Below are positions 24,291-37,440 of a stretch of 64,000 nt of DNA, piece by piece. Below the pieces are notes generated by a model that saw only the letters and a program-made list of their open reading frames with translations, made no database searches and had not been told where the DNA came from. Within the stretch, counting starts at the first letter, position 1; every line of letters begins with the position of its first letter. This DNA comes from Podospora anserina (taxonomy: Eukaryota): contig CM030333.1 in NCBI GenBank assembly GCA_017654855.1, positions 434,001-498,000 of the forward strand, written 5' to 3'. Position numbers and translations under genes: made by a program.

Positions 24291-25321
24291 CGGGTTGACG
24301 TTGGCGAGCGGCGGCGGCGGGTTCGAAACCACATGGAGGCGAGGGAGGATGGTGAGGGGCCACGGGGAGGGGGCTCTGTTGACTTGGAACTTGTTTGAAG
24401 GGTGGAGGAGGAGGGGTTGTTGGGTCCTCCCGAGGGAGTGGTCTTCCCTGTCTGCAGAGCACAGACCCATGCACAAAGGGTTCTCTGGGACTTCTTGGGC
24501 TCTTGGGATTTGTTGAAGAGACCTTGTTGGTTGGAGTGGGAGAGCATCTTCTGGCGGCGGGTAACCCGGAAAACTTGTCTGGATAGGAATACAGTCTTGG
24601 CAATGTTGTAATTTCCCTCTCGAAGCGATCCACATTGAAGATGTACCCAGCCACCGTGATTTCCATACTTTCCCCATCTCGACGTAAAGAGAAAGAAAAC
24701 TTACAAGAGTTTTGCGTCATGGTACGATGCTAATGTGTGTTGATCAGTCGACGAGTGGAGAGGTACAGAGTAGCCGTGGCAGCACAAAAAAGAGAGTGAT
24801 GACGGGTCGGGTTAGGGTTCCCCATGTGCCGAGTGTGCAAAAGGTTGGGGAAACAGCTGGGCGGTGACGCTAGCGCACGGCCGTTGCAGGTGGTTGTCGC
24901 AGCAACGCCCCGCCAAACAAACAGAGCAGGGATGTTATGGAGCCCGCTGACCACTAGCGAACCGCGGTTTTGCCCTCGTCTTGGGAAAGATTGCCATGCT
25001 GTTCGTGGGCCGTGGCACCCGTGGGTCTTTCAACGACGACGAAGCAACTGTAACTGCACTGCTGAAATGTTACCCATCTCCGTACTTCGGGAATGACGCC
25101 TTGATTCAGCAAGTCCCACGTCCCAAGACTGTCCCAGGCTGTCCCAGACTGTCCCGATTTGTTCGTGCCCTTTCCCAATTCAACCTTTCTCGAAGGAGAC
25201 GCATCCCTGTTGGAGGGCCATTTCTACCTGACGGGGGGGCCATTCTTTACTCTCTCTTCCGCTCCACCAAAGAAAGAAAAGAAGAACCGCGCTGGAGGGA
25301 GATGCGAAAACAACGACCAAG

Positions 25322-28055
25322 ATGATTGTGTCCGAAAACCTGCGTACGGCGTCGCTGTACATCAACAACCAGCTACTGTCTAGAGGCCTGCTGCGCGATG
25401 GCCAGAACATCGACTTTACCAACCCGGGGGAGAGCGAGGAGGAGATGGGCGAGACCATGAGCCGGATCATGTCGGTGGTGAATGACTTGATTTTGCGCCG
25501 CGATGTCAGTTTTTATACCCAATTCCCGCCACTTCTCCAAGACATCGGCGTACTGACAGAAACCAACACAGCGCGATGCAGAGCACCGTGAATCTCTCTC
25601 CGCTACTCTCCGCACGCTGCGCGCCGAGTCCCTCCGACAAGCCAACGACATCCAGCGCCTGCAAGAAAAGAACGCAGAGGCCCAGCGCAAAGCCGGCCTG
25701 AGCGACGCTGCCGAAACTGCTCTGAGAGCGCACATCAAGACGGCCGAGGCGACGATTCACCGCCTCAAAGAAGAGGCTGCGAGGACGAAGTTGCTGGCCG
25801 CCCAAACACGATCTGCCTGCGCCACAGAGGTCCGCAAGAGGGACCGCCAGATTGAAGGGCTGAAAAAGGCGGTATCAGAAGCGGCTAGAGCGAGAGGCGC
25901 TAGCAAGAGCCCAGGTGTCACCTCCATCACAGTGGTTGGCGATATCGGCGCCGATGAACAGGGCAACCCATTGCCTCCCACGCCCACGACGACGGCCAGT
26001 AGCAGTGATGGGTATGATCTCCGTCAGGAAACAAACTCGTTTCTCGCTGAATTGGCCAAGGGGCTGAGCGAAGAGAATGAGGGGCTTCTGACTCTAATCA
26101 GGAGGACGACGGAACAGTTGAAGGACATGAGCGGCTGGGACGCTGGAATGGTGGACAGTGACGGGTATGCTCTGTCGTTGCCCACCGGTTACGATGACAT
26201 GGCCGCTGAGATTGAGGCTGTCCTTGAACATCTGAGGACGATCCTTACCAACCCATCGTTTGTGCCGATTGAGGAAGTGGTGGTGAGAGAAGATGAGATC
26301 AACAGGCTGCGCGACGGGTGGGAGAAGATGGAGACGCGATGGAAAGAGGCGGTCCATCTCATTGATGGCTGGCGGAGGAGAATGCAGGCCAGTGGGCGGC
26401 CCGTTAATGTGGAGGAGCTCAAGATGGGCCTGCGCCTTAGTCCGGTCAAGGTTCAAAACGTGGAAGAGACGGCTCAAGGTGGGCTAGGACTGCAATTGGA
26501 ATCTGTCCATGAGGGCCATGAGAGTTATCATCATGATCAAGTTGACTACCAGGACGAGGACGAGGGTCCTTTGGAGTTGGTGCCTGAGGGTGGCATAGAG
26601 GAACAGGACGACAGCGATACTTCGAGTGTCTTTGAAGACCAGCAGATTGATATGGACGAGTTGGATGTTGAGGAGCCTAACGTTGAGATCCTTCAGCAGT
26701 CGGTCGTGATGCCCTCGCCTCCCGTCGCTCCGGCCCCCCAGCCCAGCCCGTTGCGCGAACATTTTTCGGCCGGAAACAAGGGTGGAAGAGACGGCCCCAA
26801 TTTGAGGAGACGTCCAAAGTTTGCCGAGGAAGGCGTCCGGAGCCGACCCCTTTCTGAAGAATCGCCGTTACCACCTCCCCATGCCGACAGACCCCAGCAA
26901 TCACCATCCAAGAAGCCGCTATTATCAGTACGGACCGTGCCTTCTGAGGAAACTGGCACGGCTGCGCAACCGCCTTCCGCGGCCGTCTCTACACCTGATA
27001 CATCTATCTCTCTGGACAGCGTCTCGTTGCCCAAGGCCGCCGCGGCGGAACCGAAGAGTGCAGTCACGAAAAAGTCAGCGCCAACGCCCCCACCGCATGC
27101 GACAAGACCAATCAAGAAGCCATCCCCTGCCCCGAGACCAGTAAAGGAAACACGAAAACCTCCATCTCGGCAACAAGAGCGGGAAGAGAGGAAAACTAGT
27201 ACTACCAGCACCACCACTACCCGGCAGCAGCAACAGGAAAGCGAAGCCAGGCAGAAAAAGGTCACTTCCCGGCCCCCCGTAACACGTCCCACCAGACCAC
27301 CCATCACCCGTGGACGCTCAGAGACCCGCAAAGGGGACAGCGATACCTCCAAGCCCTCCAAGCCAACCGCCCGCAACACCTCCGCTACCTCGACCACCTC
27401 TACCCGATCCGCGCCAGTCTCATCGAGCTCCAAGACCTCTATCCCGCCCAACCCAGAACCAGCGCCCGGAAAATCCCCTCGCCGCGTGAACTCTCGCCTT
27501 CCCCTCCCACGTAACGCTGGCAGCAGCGGAAGTAATAATTCCGCCTGCGCAGCTGGTACCGCTACTAATAACGCCCCGGTATTGCAACCCCCTCAGTCTC
27601 CAACACAAGCCCAGCAATCCCCTCTTTCCATGGCGACCATTCAAGCCAAGCTTGCCGCTTCGGAACGCGATGCTGATGCGGCCCGCGTGAGAGCCAAACT
27701 CAAGGCAGCAAGGAAGGGCATCCACCTCCCAGGTCCCGGCTCAGGTCGGGTTACAGCCGAGAATAGCATGCCCAACACACCTACCGAAACAATGTCGACC
27801 AAGAGTATGAGATCGGAGCAGAGCGACTACATTCAGTATCAGCCTGAGCAGTATGACGATGGTGAGGATGAGCTCGGCTTCTCGGCTGTCCAGCCTCATC
27901 AGGTCATCCATGCAGAGAAGCCACGCAAACGGGAGAGGAATTATGGAGAAGCTGTGGCGGCACGGAAGACAAGCGACAAGGTGGCAAGCCGGAGACGGAG
28001 TACTTTGAATCCATGGGAGCTGGAGACCTTGATAAAGGGTGGAAATGCCGAGTAG
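25322..28055 (+). CDS. Afadin/alpha-actinin-binding (ADIP) coiled-coil protein, TinA-like (NIMA-interacting, spindle pole body), 2 exons: 25322-25504, 25572-28055
   Basis: N-terminus ENLRTASLYINNQLLSRGLLRDG, a coiled coil, LTNPSFVPIEEVVVREDEINRLRDGWEKME, a low-complexity tail and C-terminal RRRSTLNPWELETL. Intron GTCAGT...ACTGAC...CAG. Confidence 0.85.
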
Positions 28056-29379
28056 TTGGGACGGGTAGTGCAAGAGATTGGATATGGATTGAAAAGGCAG
28101 GAACAGGGAGGCAATAGTTGTTGGGAGTTGAAGGAGCTGCGGAGTTGGAAAGTGTTGGACTGTTGGAATTTTGGAGTTCAGTTCATCCCCTTTCATCCTG
28201 GAAGGCATTTTCATGACGGGTTTTTTCGTTGTCATATCTTTTCATATCATTACATCGCATTCCCTTCACATCATCAACCTCCTACCACCAATCCCCCCCA
28301 GTTCCATCGTTTATATAAGGTATATACACCCTCCCGCATCACGTACAAACACTGCCATCACTTTTTTTCATCATGCATTGGGAGAGTTTCTGGAAATTCG
28401 GTTACACTCACATCATACATCACACACACGTGTCCCCAAACTTATCTACCTTGTCTTAATCAGCGCTCGCTTTCCCCGTCTTGACTGTTCAGTTCGGTTT
28501 CTATTCATGTTTCGTGGCAGGCTTTTCGTTCTGAAATGTGTGTTGTTGCATGGTTGGATCTGGTGTTCATCTCATGTCTTCGTTGTTGCTGCATTTTGTA
28601 TTTGCATCCTCTCACTTTGCAAGCATGCTTGCCCCATAATCATTGTCAAAGGAAAGGAGTATCTGGAATTTTGGAGAGTCTTGTGCGAGTATGGAAAGTA
28701 TTAGACAGTGCTATACCCCCCCTACACCCCCCTATTTAATAAAAGAATATCCATAGTTTTCAATCTTGACTCTTGTTTTGTATGTGACTGTGCTGGGTAA
28801 GATGCTTGGGTAGCTTATGACACAGTGGCATTGTTCAACCCACAGGAAATATCTGATGGCTTGGCCGTTAAGTTGGCAAGACAAAAGAAAGATAATCCCA
28901 TCAAGAGGATGGTGAGGATGTAAACGACAACCCAGTCCTTGGTACTGGGAGACAACGGTGCCAAGACTTGGTGATGGAGTCAAGTGGACCCCCAAAAAGA
29001 GCCAAAAACATACAACACCGAGGATTCCCCAGTGGTCACCCACCTGAGTACTGGTTCGGCCCTCAGCTGTTTGACTAGGGGAGAGCGGACGGGATCCCGT
29101 ATTTTCAGCTGGGTATGGTCGTATGTGATGGTTGTTGTTGATTCTTTGCCCTATATGTGAAGAGGTTTAGCCTAGCTGGGAAGCTGAGCCCATGATTGCA
29201 GCTTCCCGTGTTATTACGACTCAGTGATCGCTCCTGCCGTTGGTGGTAGATATGGGGATGTGCTGTCATTGGGAAGGTGCCACCTGCTCAAAGAAAACGG
29301 CAGAAGAGACAAGGAAGGGACGACGATGACTTGTCTACCTTGAGTTGTTGCTCTGACTTCCATCCCCCTTTACCTTTTA

Positions 29380-29427
29380 CCACATTACCACATTACCACA
29401 TTCCCACATTCCCACATTCCCACATTA
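29380..29427. repeat. Tandem repeat, 8-bp unit CCACATT(A/C) x6
   Basis: Read directly from the sequence. Confidence 0.9.
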
Positions 29428-32400
29428 CCCCTTTCCAGTCTTTCGCCTTTCGTTACTCCTAAAATTCGGTTGACAGGAGTCTCGAGGTGATCGGGCATCG
29501 TTTCGTCGTGTTCAAGTCGGGTCGGTAGTCCAAGATTTCCAAGATTTCCCCCATGTAGCCTTTCCTTGCCTTTGAATCCTCCCTCACACATGATGCCTCC
29601 TTCAAGTCGAGAACCACATCGCGTCCTGTCGTCCATATCCTCCGTGAATACCCACCTGGGCCCCTTCCCTCCTCACCCTTTCACACTCCCCTGATTCCCC
29701 AACGCTCTTGCTTGGCACCTTGCCAACGGCCCATGACCAAGACTCTCCCCTTCTAGTCTGCGCTTCCTCTCTGATCCTTCTCGAAGTTGAGTGGGTACCT
29801 AGTCGGATCGGGGTGTGAAGGATCCTCTTTCAGCCAGTTCTCGCGGTTAGTCATGGCAGCCAATCTCCCCATACTGTATCGTATCGACCTCTCACTCGTC
29901 CTCCCACTCAGTCAAATGTCTTTTTGATCCTCATGCTTCTCCATTGCTCTCTGTCGTTGCGAATCCCTGCTTGTGATTATGTTGTCGTCGATTTCGTTCT
30001 TGTGAGCTTTATTTCTTTCGAGTCCCAGGCTTGAGGTCCTTCTCTCGTTATCCTGTCAGGCATCGTTGCTCGGGTGTGGTCGATGTCGAGGCCGATATCA
30101 AAGACCATCCTATTGTGGTGTTGTCAAGTGTTGATGTTGCCTTCACGTTGCCATAGTTGTGCCTTAACCGCCCAGATCGTCCCATCATCCATCAAACGTC
30201 GAAGTCCATGCCCGTCATGATCAAAATAATCGAGGGAAGGGACCATCTCTTCTGCAATCGGGGTTGTTGTCCTCTTCAACAAGAAATGATGGACAGGAGA
30301 AGAGGGAAGCAGAGAGAAGGGGGCCGACGAGGGGACCAAGGGGGGGAGGGGGGGGCGGACAGTATGATATATAGATACTTCATCCTGATGCGAGATCGGG
30401 GAGGAAGAAGAGGGGATGATATGCGTACTTGCGCGTACCTTGCCCAGCCCAGGTGTGGGCGGGTGTGCGTCACGAGCCCTCCTTGTTGTCCTCTCCCCCT
30501 TTCATCTGACACCTGTCTGTCAAGTGAAACTTGTCGTTTCGTCCGGTTTCTGTCAGATGTCATGTCATGTATGCCACCCTCCTGAACAGCGGTCATGCCC
30601 ACAGATACCCGACTCTTGTTGTTTCGTCCAATGATAAGCTGATGTTCGGTTTTATATCCATGGAATCATTCATCTGGGGCGTTGGTGGCGGCCAGAGGGC
30701 GGTTGTACAAGGAGTATGGGGGCTTGATGGCGTAGTTGGGATCGTCTTGATACCTACTCGCAGAGCAACATCGCAATCCCCGTCCGGTGACGGCGGCGGC
30801 GATCCCATATCAATATCTTCTTGTTTTTTTCCATATCCCTCGCCTTCTCGCGGCATCGGCCATCGGTTCTTTCGGCCACCGACTTTTTATTCCGTGTGCT
30901 GTCGTGTGTCTGCAGCATACAAAGACGGGACGAAACGAACGTGCATGGTGGCCAACGACACAAGAACAAGCCTCTTGACGCAACGTACAGCGAAGAAAAC
31001 ACTATACGGGAAGAAGAATCTAGAGTTGATGTAACGTGTGATGTGGAGTTGAAGGAAAGAGATGAGGACTTACATCGCCGTCGTCCGGCACCGCAACTCC
31101 CTGTCATGATTGAAAACCGCTAACCATAGGGTTCCCTTCCCGTTCACCCATCGTCGACAGTATTTTCAAAATGAAGATAGATGGCCAGAATGCAGCTCAA
31201 CCCGGAGACTCAATGACTCGAATATCTGGTTCGCTCTTCCCCCCCAAGTCCTCCGAGATAGGTACCCATTCTCGGACTTCTCAGGGACACCACCGGAGGT
31301 AAGCAAAAGCATGTCTCTCTTCCTCCCTTGAGACGGAACACGGGGAAGCCGTGTGCTTGACACATGTCAAAAGACGTCAAGGATCTGTCAAGAAAGAAGC
31401 AGAACGTTCCATGTGCCCTATTTCTGCCTTTGGCCTTTGGTCTCGCGCACCTTCTGATTCCCTATAGTAGTCTCAATGATACCTTCTGATCCCTTATAGC
31501 AATCTCATTGATATTGAATAGATGCCTCATAACGTCAGAGCCCTGCAAAGTGAAAAGGCTTCACAATATCCTCTAGAATGGTGATGACTGGTAGCCAGGA
31601 AGCAGATAGACTGATGTTACCCATCACCGCCATCCAAGCCCACTTTCTTTTCTGCATGATGTACCAACAACGATCATAACCACTTTTCGTGCGGCTTGGA
31701 CAATGTCATGACATCTCACGGCACAAGGGGGCACTGGAAACGAGGCTCTACTTTCGGAATCGCCTCGCCCTTTCCCCATCAATGGCCGATCGGATTGGCT
31801 GGCGCCGTCAACAGACGCCTCTTTTTGTACGTACGGGCTTCGCCCAAGCTAAATCTGGTCCGAGCAGTATTGCATGTCCGGTCTGCGTATGATACGCCCC
31901 GGCTTGTTGATATTTCGGCACCGAGCCGTCTTTCTGCCCCAACCCACAAGGCCCTCGAGGGGGATATCTATCAGGTAATCATGGTGTGCTAGAACCAGTG
32001 GACACCGGTTGAGCCTCCCCCGACTCGAATCGACATTCTAGAAACACACAACTTCCGGCGCCGGCAACAAAGCTAACCGAACGTTGAAAATGGCCGACAA
32101 TTACTGTATCTCCGATGATTAAAAGAACAAGGGGAGACTTGTAATATCGTCTGTGGTGAGAGTCTACCCTGGCTTCAGGACCACACATGAATGGTTAATC
32201 TTTCGGATATCGGGGTTCCTCCGAGAAAAGGCAAGTGCCAAAACAGTCATTGAAATGGCTAATGGTCGCGGCTTTGACCGATCCAAAACTCAAGACCCAC
32301 GTGCTGGAGGATCAACACACTTCGGGTGTCCGTGATATGCTGGACCTCCGCGAGGCGTGAGAAGCTCCGGGCATAGATAAAAAAAGAGAAAGGGACCTCG

Positions 32401-35400
32401 GCCATAGGATTTTGATGTTTCCCAAACCATTGTACACATCGCTAGACATTTGACAATGATGCTTTGTCGGCAGATGAGAATGAAGCTGCGCGTCTCGGTC
32501 AATAAGTGTTCGGTGGTGAGCCATGCCCGAGATCAGCCGGCTACGACGTACTGCCTTGTCCAATCAACCTGCCGACCACAACATGAAGAACCGAAGCCAA
32601 GGCACTCCTTCTTTTTCGACGAGCTCTCGAGACTGCCGCCCCGTTGAAGCCATCACCTCAGTTGTCAACTCGACAATAAAAGCGCCGAATCCATGCTAGA
32701 CACCCTCCTGTTCAGCGCCGAGACGATCTCCCGCACCATGATTACGACGCTAGATCAGCCAGATCGTCTAATGTGACATGGGGCGAACCAATCGGCTGCA
32801 GCATGGAAGGGCAGACGATAAAAGCCGTTGGTGTTTTCCAACCGTCAGAAGATTACCTAGTATTGGAATCGGAGAAGCAAGACACTACAACGGCTACTAG
32901 ATGTCGTGTTTGTCGGGAGTTGGTTGCTGTGTCAGCATCTTCCGCTCTTTGTTTACCTGGCGAGTTTTGAACAGGAAATGATGGAAGACAAATGGCGACG
33001 ACATTGAAATGGTGTAACTCGCACCCGCACTCTGACGTGTTCTCGAATACCCCCCCTCGCGGCTTCCTTTCAAGAAAGAGGTGGGTGGGTGAGTGGAGGA
33101 GGGGGAGGACGTTGTGGCAGGAGCCATCCATCATGCCTACGGAAGGCACATCGGGTAAGGTAGGTACGTCTCTTACTCTCTTGCACTCTTACACAAACAC
33201 AAACAAACACACAGACCACAGCAGATCACCAGAGATCAACCAACCAAGAGAAACGCCGCTCCCGCCCTGAGACCTCGAGTCTCATCAAGCCAGCCTCTGA
33301 GCCTTCGGGATGTCCAAGACACCAGAGAGACCTGGTCCACTCAAAAGCTTCCGACTGTCTCAGACCAGCAGATTGGTGCACGGGGACGGTGAGCGCTGCC
33401 CGTCTCCCTTGCTCACCGATGGAGTCATGTCTGCCTATCAAGGCATCAATAAGATTTCTCGCCAACCCGTTGAGGAGGTCACCGCCCCTTCTCCCTTCCG
33501 GGCCATCGTCATGCCGGCGGCCCCGGAGTGCCAGAATGACCGGCATAGAATCGGGCGCCTCGTATGATTCGTGATGGTGGACTTGGTATACAAACTTCAG
33601 CCCGGTTCAGTCATCAAACAAAAGAGATCGCCCCGCCAGGCGCCGACATGGCCAACAAATGCGGGGGGCTATCGCCGGCTTGGTCCCCCGCTCGGCGTCT
33701 CCTCGTGACCGAGCCACAGCAGCTCGCTAACAGCTCAGCGGCGCCATCCAGCCCTGTGCTTGCCGTGGAGCTCGAAAGCGATATCCAACACGAGTCCCGG
33801 GACCAAGAATATCCATATCTGGAAATGGGCCAGGATCATGGCGCGCCCCAATTGGCCCGGTCATGAAGGCCGTGGCGCGGCTTGGTGACTGGTTGGGCTT
33901 GATGGCGTTTGTGGTGCAAAGCATATTCTTGGTGCCTCCCAAGGTCCAAGGTGCTCTCTCTCTCGACATTTTGTTGAGAGAACCCAACGGTCACAATCAA
34001 TCAATGCATTACTCGCAAGTCGCCAAGGTGTCGGGCGACAAGCAATAGACTAATGCTCTTGAACCAAATCAGCCTATCAAACGGACACTTTACGATCAAC
34101 AGCCGCCCACCCCGCCAGCACCGGGAACTGGAGCCTTCATCAACAAGCTTATTTTTAGCGGACTCGCAATATGCTCGTAATTGGGCCCTCTAAATCACCA
34201 TATGGTTCAAGATATTCCCGCATGTGCGGAGACGAAGCTTTACGCGGGCTCGCACGACATCATCCTCTCCCCCTGACCCTGGTTCTGACTCTGGCTGGCC
34301 CCTGGCGAACCACTGAGACAAGCATCATCTAGCAGAGAACCTAGAGGGAACATGACTAAATGACAGTCGAGAAAGAGTCACGAGATGACCGAATCCAGCA
34401 ATCTTACCAAAGTGACCCCTTTGGGGAGATGAAGAGCTTTGTTACTTGAAGTGGTCATGTTGTTGGAGGCTGCGGTGGGGTAATCATGGAGTTGGGGGGG
34501 TGGGCAGCCTTAACCCTGACGGCCAGGGGTCAACCCCAGATTTACAGGGGGGCTCGTTCGGGTTAGCCTATGCTCGCAGCTCAGTGGAGCTCCCGGCAGT
34601 GGGGGTTGTGCTGATCTGTCCAGGGACAAGGCTTGTTCACAAAAAGCTTGCTTGCACCCCGTCATGCAGTATTCTCAAGCTCCTCGAGGCCGTCGATATT
34701 GAGGGCCTCATCTATTTTCCAGCACCTGCCACGGAAACCAAACCAGGTTGCGGGATGAGATGTTGCTTCACACTATACAAAGTTCCCAAATGTTGATATG
34801 GCCATATCAAGCCGCCTTTTTGTGCCGCAGAACCGAGCTGCTTCTTCCTGGCTTCCAGGTCCCGAATACGCAGCAAAAGTATTTGTCAAGCAGTAGCAAG
34901 CAGTAGATTTCACAATTCAGCGAGCAACCTTCACCCTCAGCTATCGACAACTCTGGTCGGTGGCACCGACAGTCTGACTTGGCTTCACCAACTGTTGTGT
35001 CGGCCAAACCTAGATTGATCCCCCAACATGCACAATGACTCGTGCCCGCATGTGTTCTCTACGAACTAACTGGACAACTTCTTGGGACGGCTATTCCGTC
35101 TTTCCCTGGCCGCGACGGGTAACGGGCGTGAGAGTGACTTCCCTAGTGGGTCATATCAGATGGGGGCGGGAGAGGCAGCAGATGCAGGGTGTTATGAACG
35201 GATGAAGAGGAGGGGGGTGGACCAGCCGCCCTTGGGCCGCGCTTAACAGCCAGATGCAGCGGCTGGCAGCTCCAGCTCACGGCGTGACCGTATCAATGCC
35301 GATGATGTGGGTTGATCTCCCACCTGGCCCTTTGATACAACACCGAACCTTGCATACGCTTAGTATCCATTCCCATCGACGTTGGAGAACTGGCAAATTG

Positions 35401-36229
35401 GCATTGGCCTCTTCACACCGTCCGGCCGCCGCGCCCCTTCTTCCGCTGCCTCATCCACCTTTTGCTCTCGCCGGCGCCGAATTGTGCCTGAGAGACAGCC
35501 ACCTCACCCACCTCATCCACCTCACGAACTCGCCAACAGTCGTCATCGATGCCATGCCTGGGCAGCCAGCCACTGGCTGATCAACGACGTCGTACTCTGC
35601 GACGATTCAGTCCCGAGACGATGTCTTCGGGTCCCACGGTGCGGGCCTTGTCCTTCGTCAATGGAACCCTTCTAGCACCCAGGTCAAACCCCTCTCTCGC
35701 CTGCTCCCCTTGTTTACTTGGCAGCGTTGCACTCCCGGCGGGCTCACCCTCATCTTGCTGTCCCTCGAAACCCTTACAATTTCAGCCCGTCGGCCGACTG
35801 GCCAATTTGCGCTGTAGTCTTCCTCTTCTTCCGGGACTCAAGGGCAACTTGTGCATGTATACACCTGAGATCACCAGCGCGTGCTGTGCTGCCATGCTGG
35901 CAGGTTTCACTCCCTGGGGAGCGCTGCTTTTGCCCTTTCTGCAGACAGTGATATTCTTCTGTCGGACCTGTGGCGCCGTGGTATCACTGTCTCTGACCCT
36001 TTCGTTCTTTCTTGTGTCCCAGAAGCTGTCTCTCGTTGCTGGACGCGAGAGGTGCCCGCCTTTCTGACCGCTCCTTGACTGCTGTCTACACGGCATCGTC
36101 TTCATCCAAGGTGGTGAAGTGGATTAGTGGCTCGCACCGTCGATACCACAAACGTCACCCCATCTCTTTTATACTCTGCACTACCGCACGACCATACTTC
36201 ATCGGGAACAGTGTTATCTGGCCTTGCCC

Positions 36230-36271
36230 CCCCTTTGCCGTGGACCTGTTCCCCTTTGCCGTGGACCTGTT
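36230..36271. repeat. Perfect 21-bp tandem duplication CCCCTTTGCCGTGGACCTGTT x2
   Basis: Read directly; it lies about 540 bp upstream of the Cmr1-like start codon. Confidence 0.9.
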
Positions 36272-36808
36272 TTAGACAACCAGGCGACAGGAAGACGCGC
36301 TGTCTCAAGTGTGCGAAGGAAGTACCCATGTACCTCATCCCACCACATCCTTGACCCCTGCTTCTCTTCCATAAACCACAACCCATCCACATGCTGGATG
36401 AGCTCAGCTTTGCCGATGCTCAACAGGCACCCTGATGAGCATGAATGGGTGTCTTATCAATATCTCCGTCGTTCAAAAAGCTTCCGGCCCTCAAACCCGG
36501 CACCTTCCTTACCTAACTTCTCCATCAGAAGAAGAACAAAAGCTGCATACCGAGAAGGTACCACCTGCAGACGCTTAAGTTGATTGCCCTTGCTCACGTC
36601 GATCGGGCCTCGGCCTTTTGCTTCTTCTGCGTACTTCCAGTCTCTGCTAGACTCCTTCTCCCTTCACATTTATCGTCGAACAACATCACAGGAGCGTCAA
36701 CTCCTCGTCACCACCCACGCCTTTGGATACACACAGCACTGCCCACAACAATCCACCTGTCACTGTGGCCTCTAGGTTCCACCATCAACAGCAAAGACGC
36801 ACAGTATT

Positions 36809-37409
36809 ATGGTTCGAGACGACATCCCAGAGGAAGGACCTGGTGATGTGCAGCCCACCAACAAGGTGTTCTGTACATACTGCGGAAAGGGCTTCACTCG
36901 CAAAGAGCATCTCGAAAGACATCTTCCACAGCGTGAGCTCATTCATTCAACTTGGCAGCACACATTTGAGTGATACTGACGTCGTGTGGACTTGTAGACA
37001 CCAACATCAAACCACACGTCTGTCAGTTTTGCAAGATAGGCTTCAGCCGTCGGTAAGATGCCTGCATGACCTGTTAGCTATGTACCAACCCTTGAAGCTA
37101 ACCATGGGATCCAACAGGGACTTGCTGCAACGGCACATCTCCTCGCTCCACGAACAAGGCCCCATCGATGCTATCACGGGCGGGATGATGACTGTCACAG
37201 GACGGACACCCATTTCGTGCCAGAACTGTGCCACGGCAAAGACAGGATGTGACAAAAAGGTGCCATGTACGAGGTGCGCTGAAAAAAGCCTCCACTGTGA
37301 GGCTCGCTATGCCCGACGGTCGTCCAAGGCGGCTATTCGTGTCCAGCAGGCACATGCTGCGCAAGCAAGCGCTGTTGCATCCCATCAACAGGCGGCGGCA
37401 GCAGCTTCG

Positions 37410-37440
<31 letters not shown>

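Noticed and set aside
24315-24335. GGTTCGAAACC resembling a tRNA T-loop
   Set aside because: No cloverleaf, D-arm or acceptor stem around it.
24288-24400. TGA-CGG readthrough of OXP1 giving a cryptic peroxisomal isoform
   Set aside because: The extension ends ...LELV with no PTS1, and the context is not the fungal TGA-CTA motif.
36723-36808. ORF-track start of the 682-aa ORF
   Set aside because: The true N-terminus (C2H2 fingers) is in other frames split by two introns, so the ORF's first part is not the real protein.
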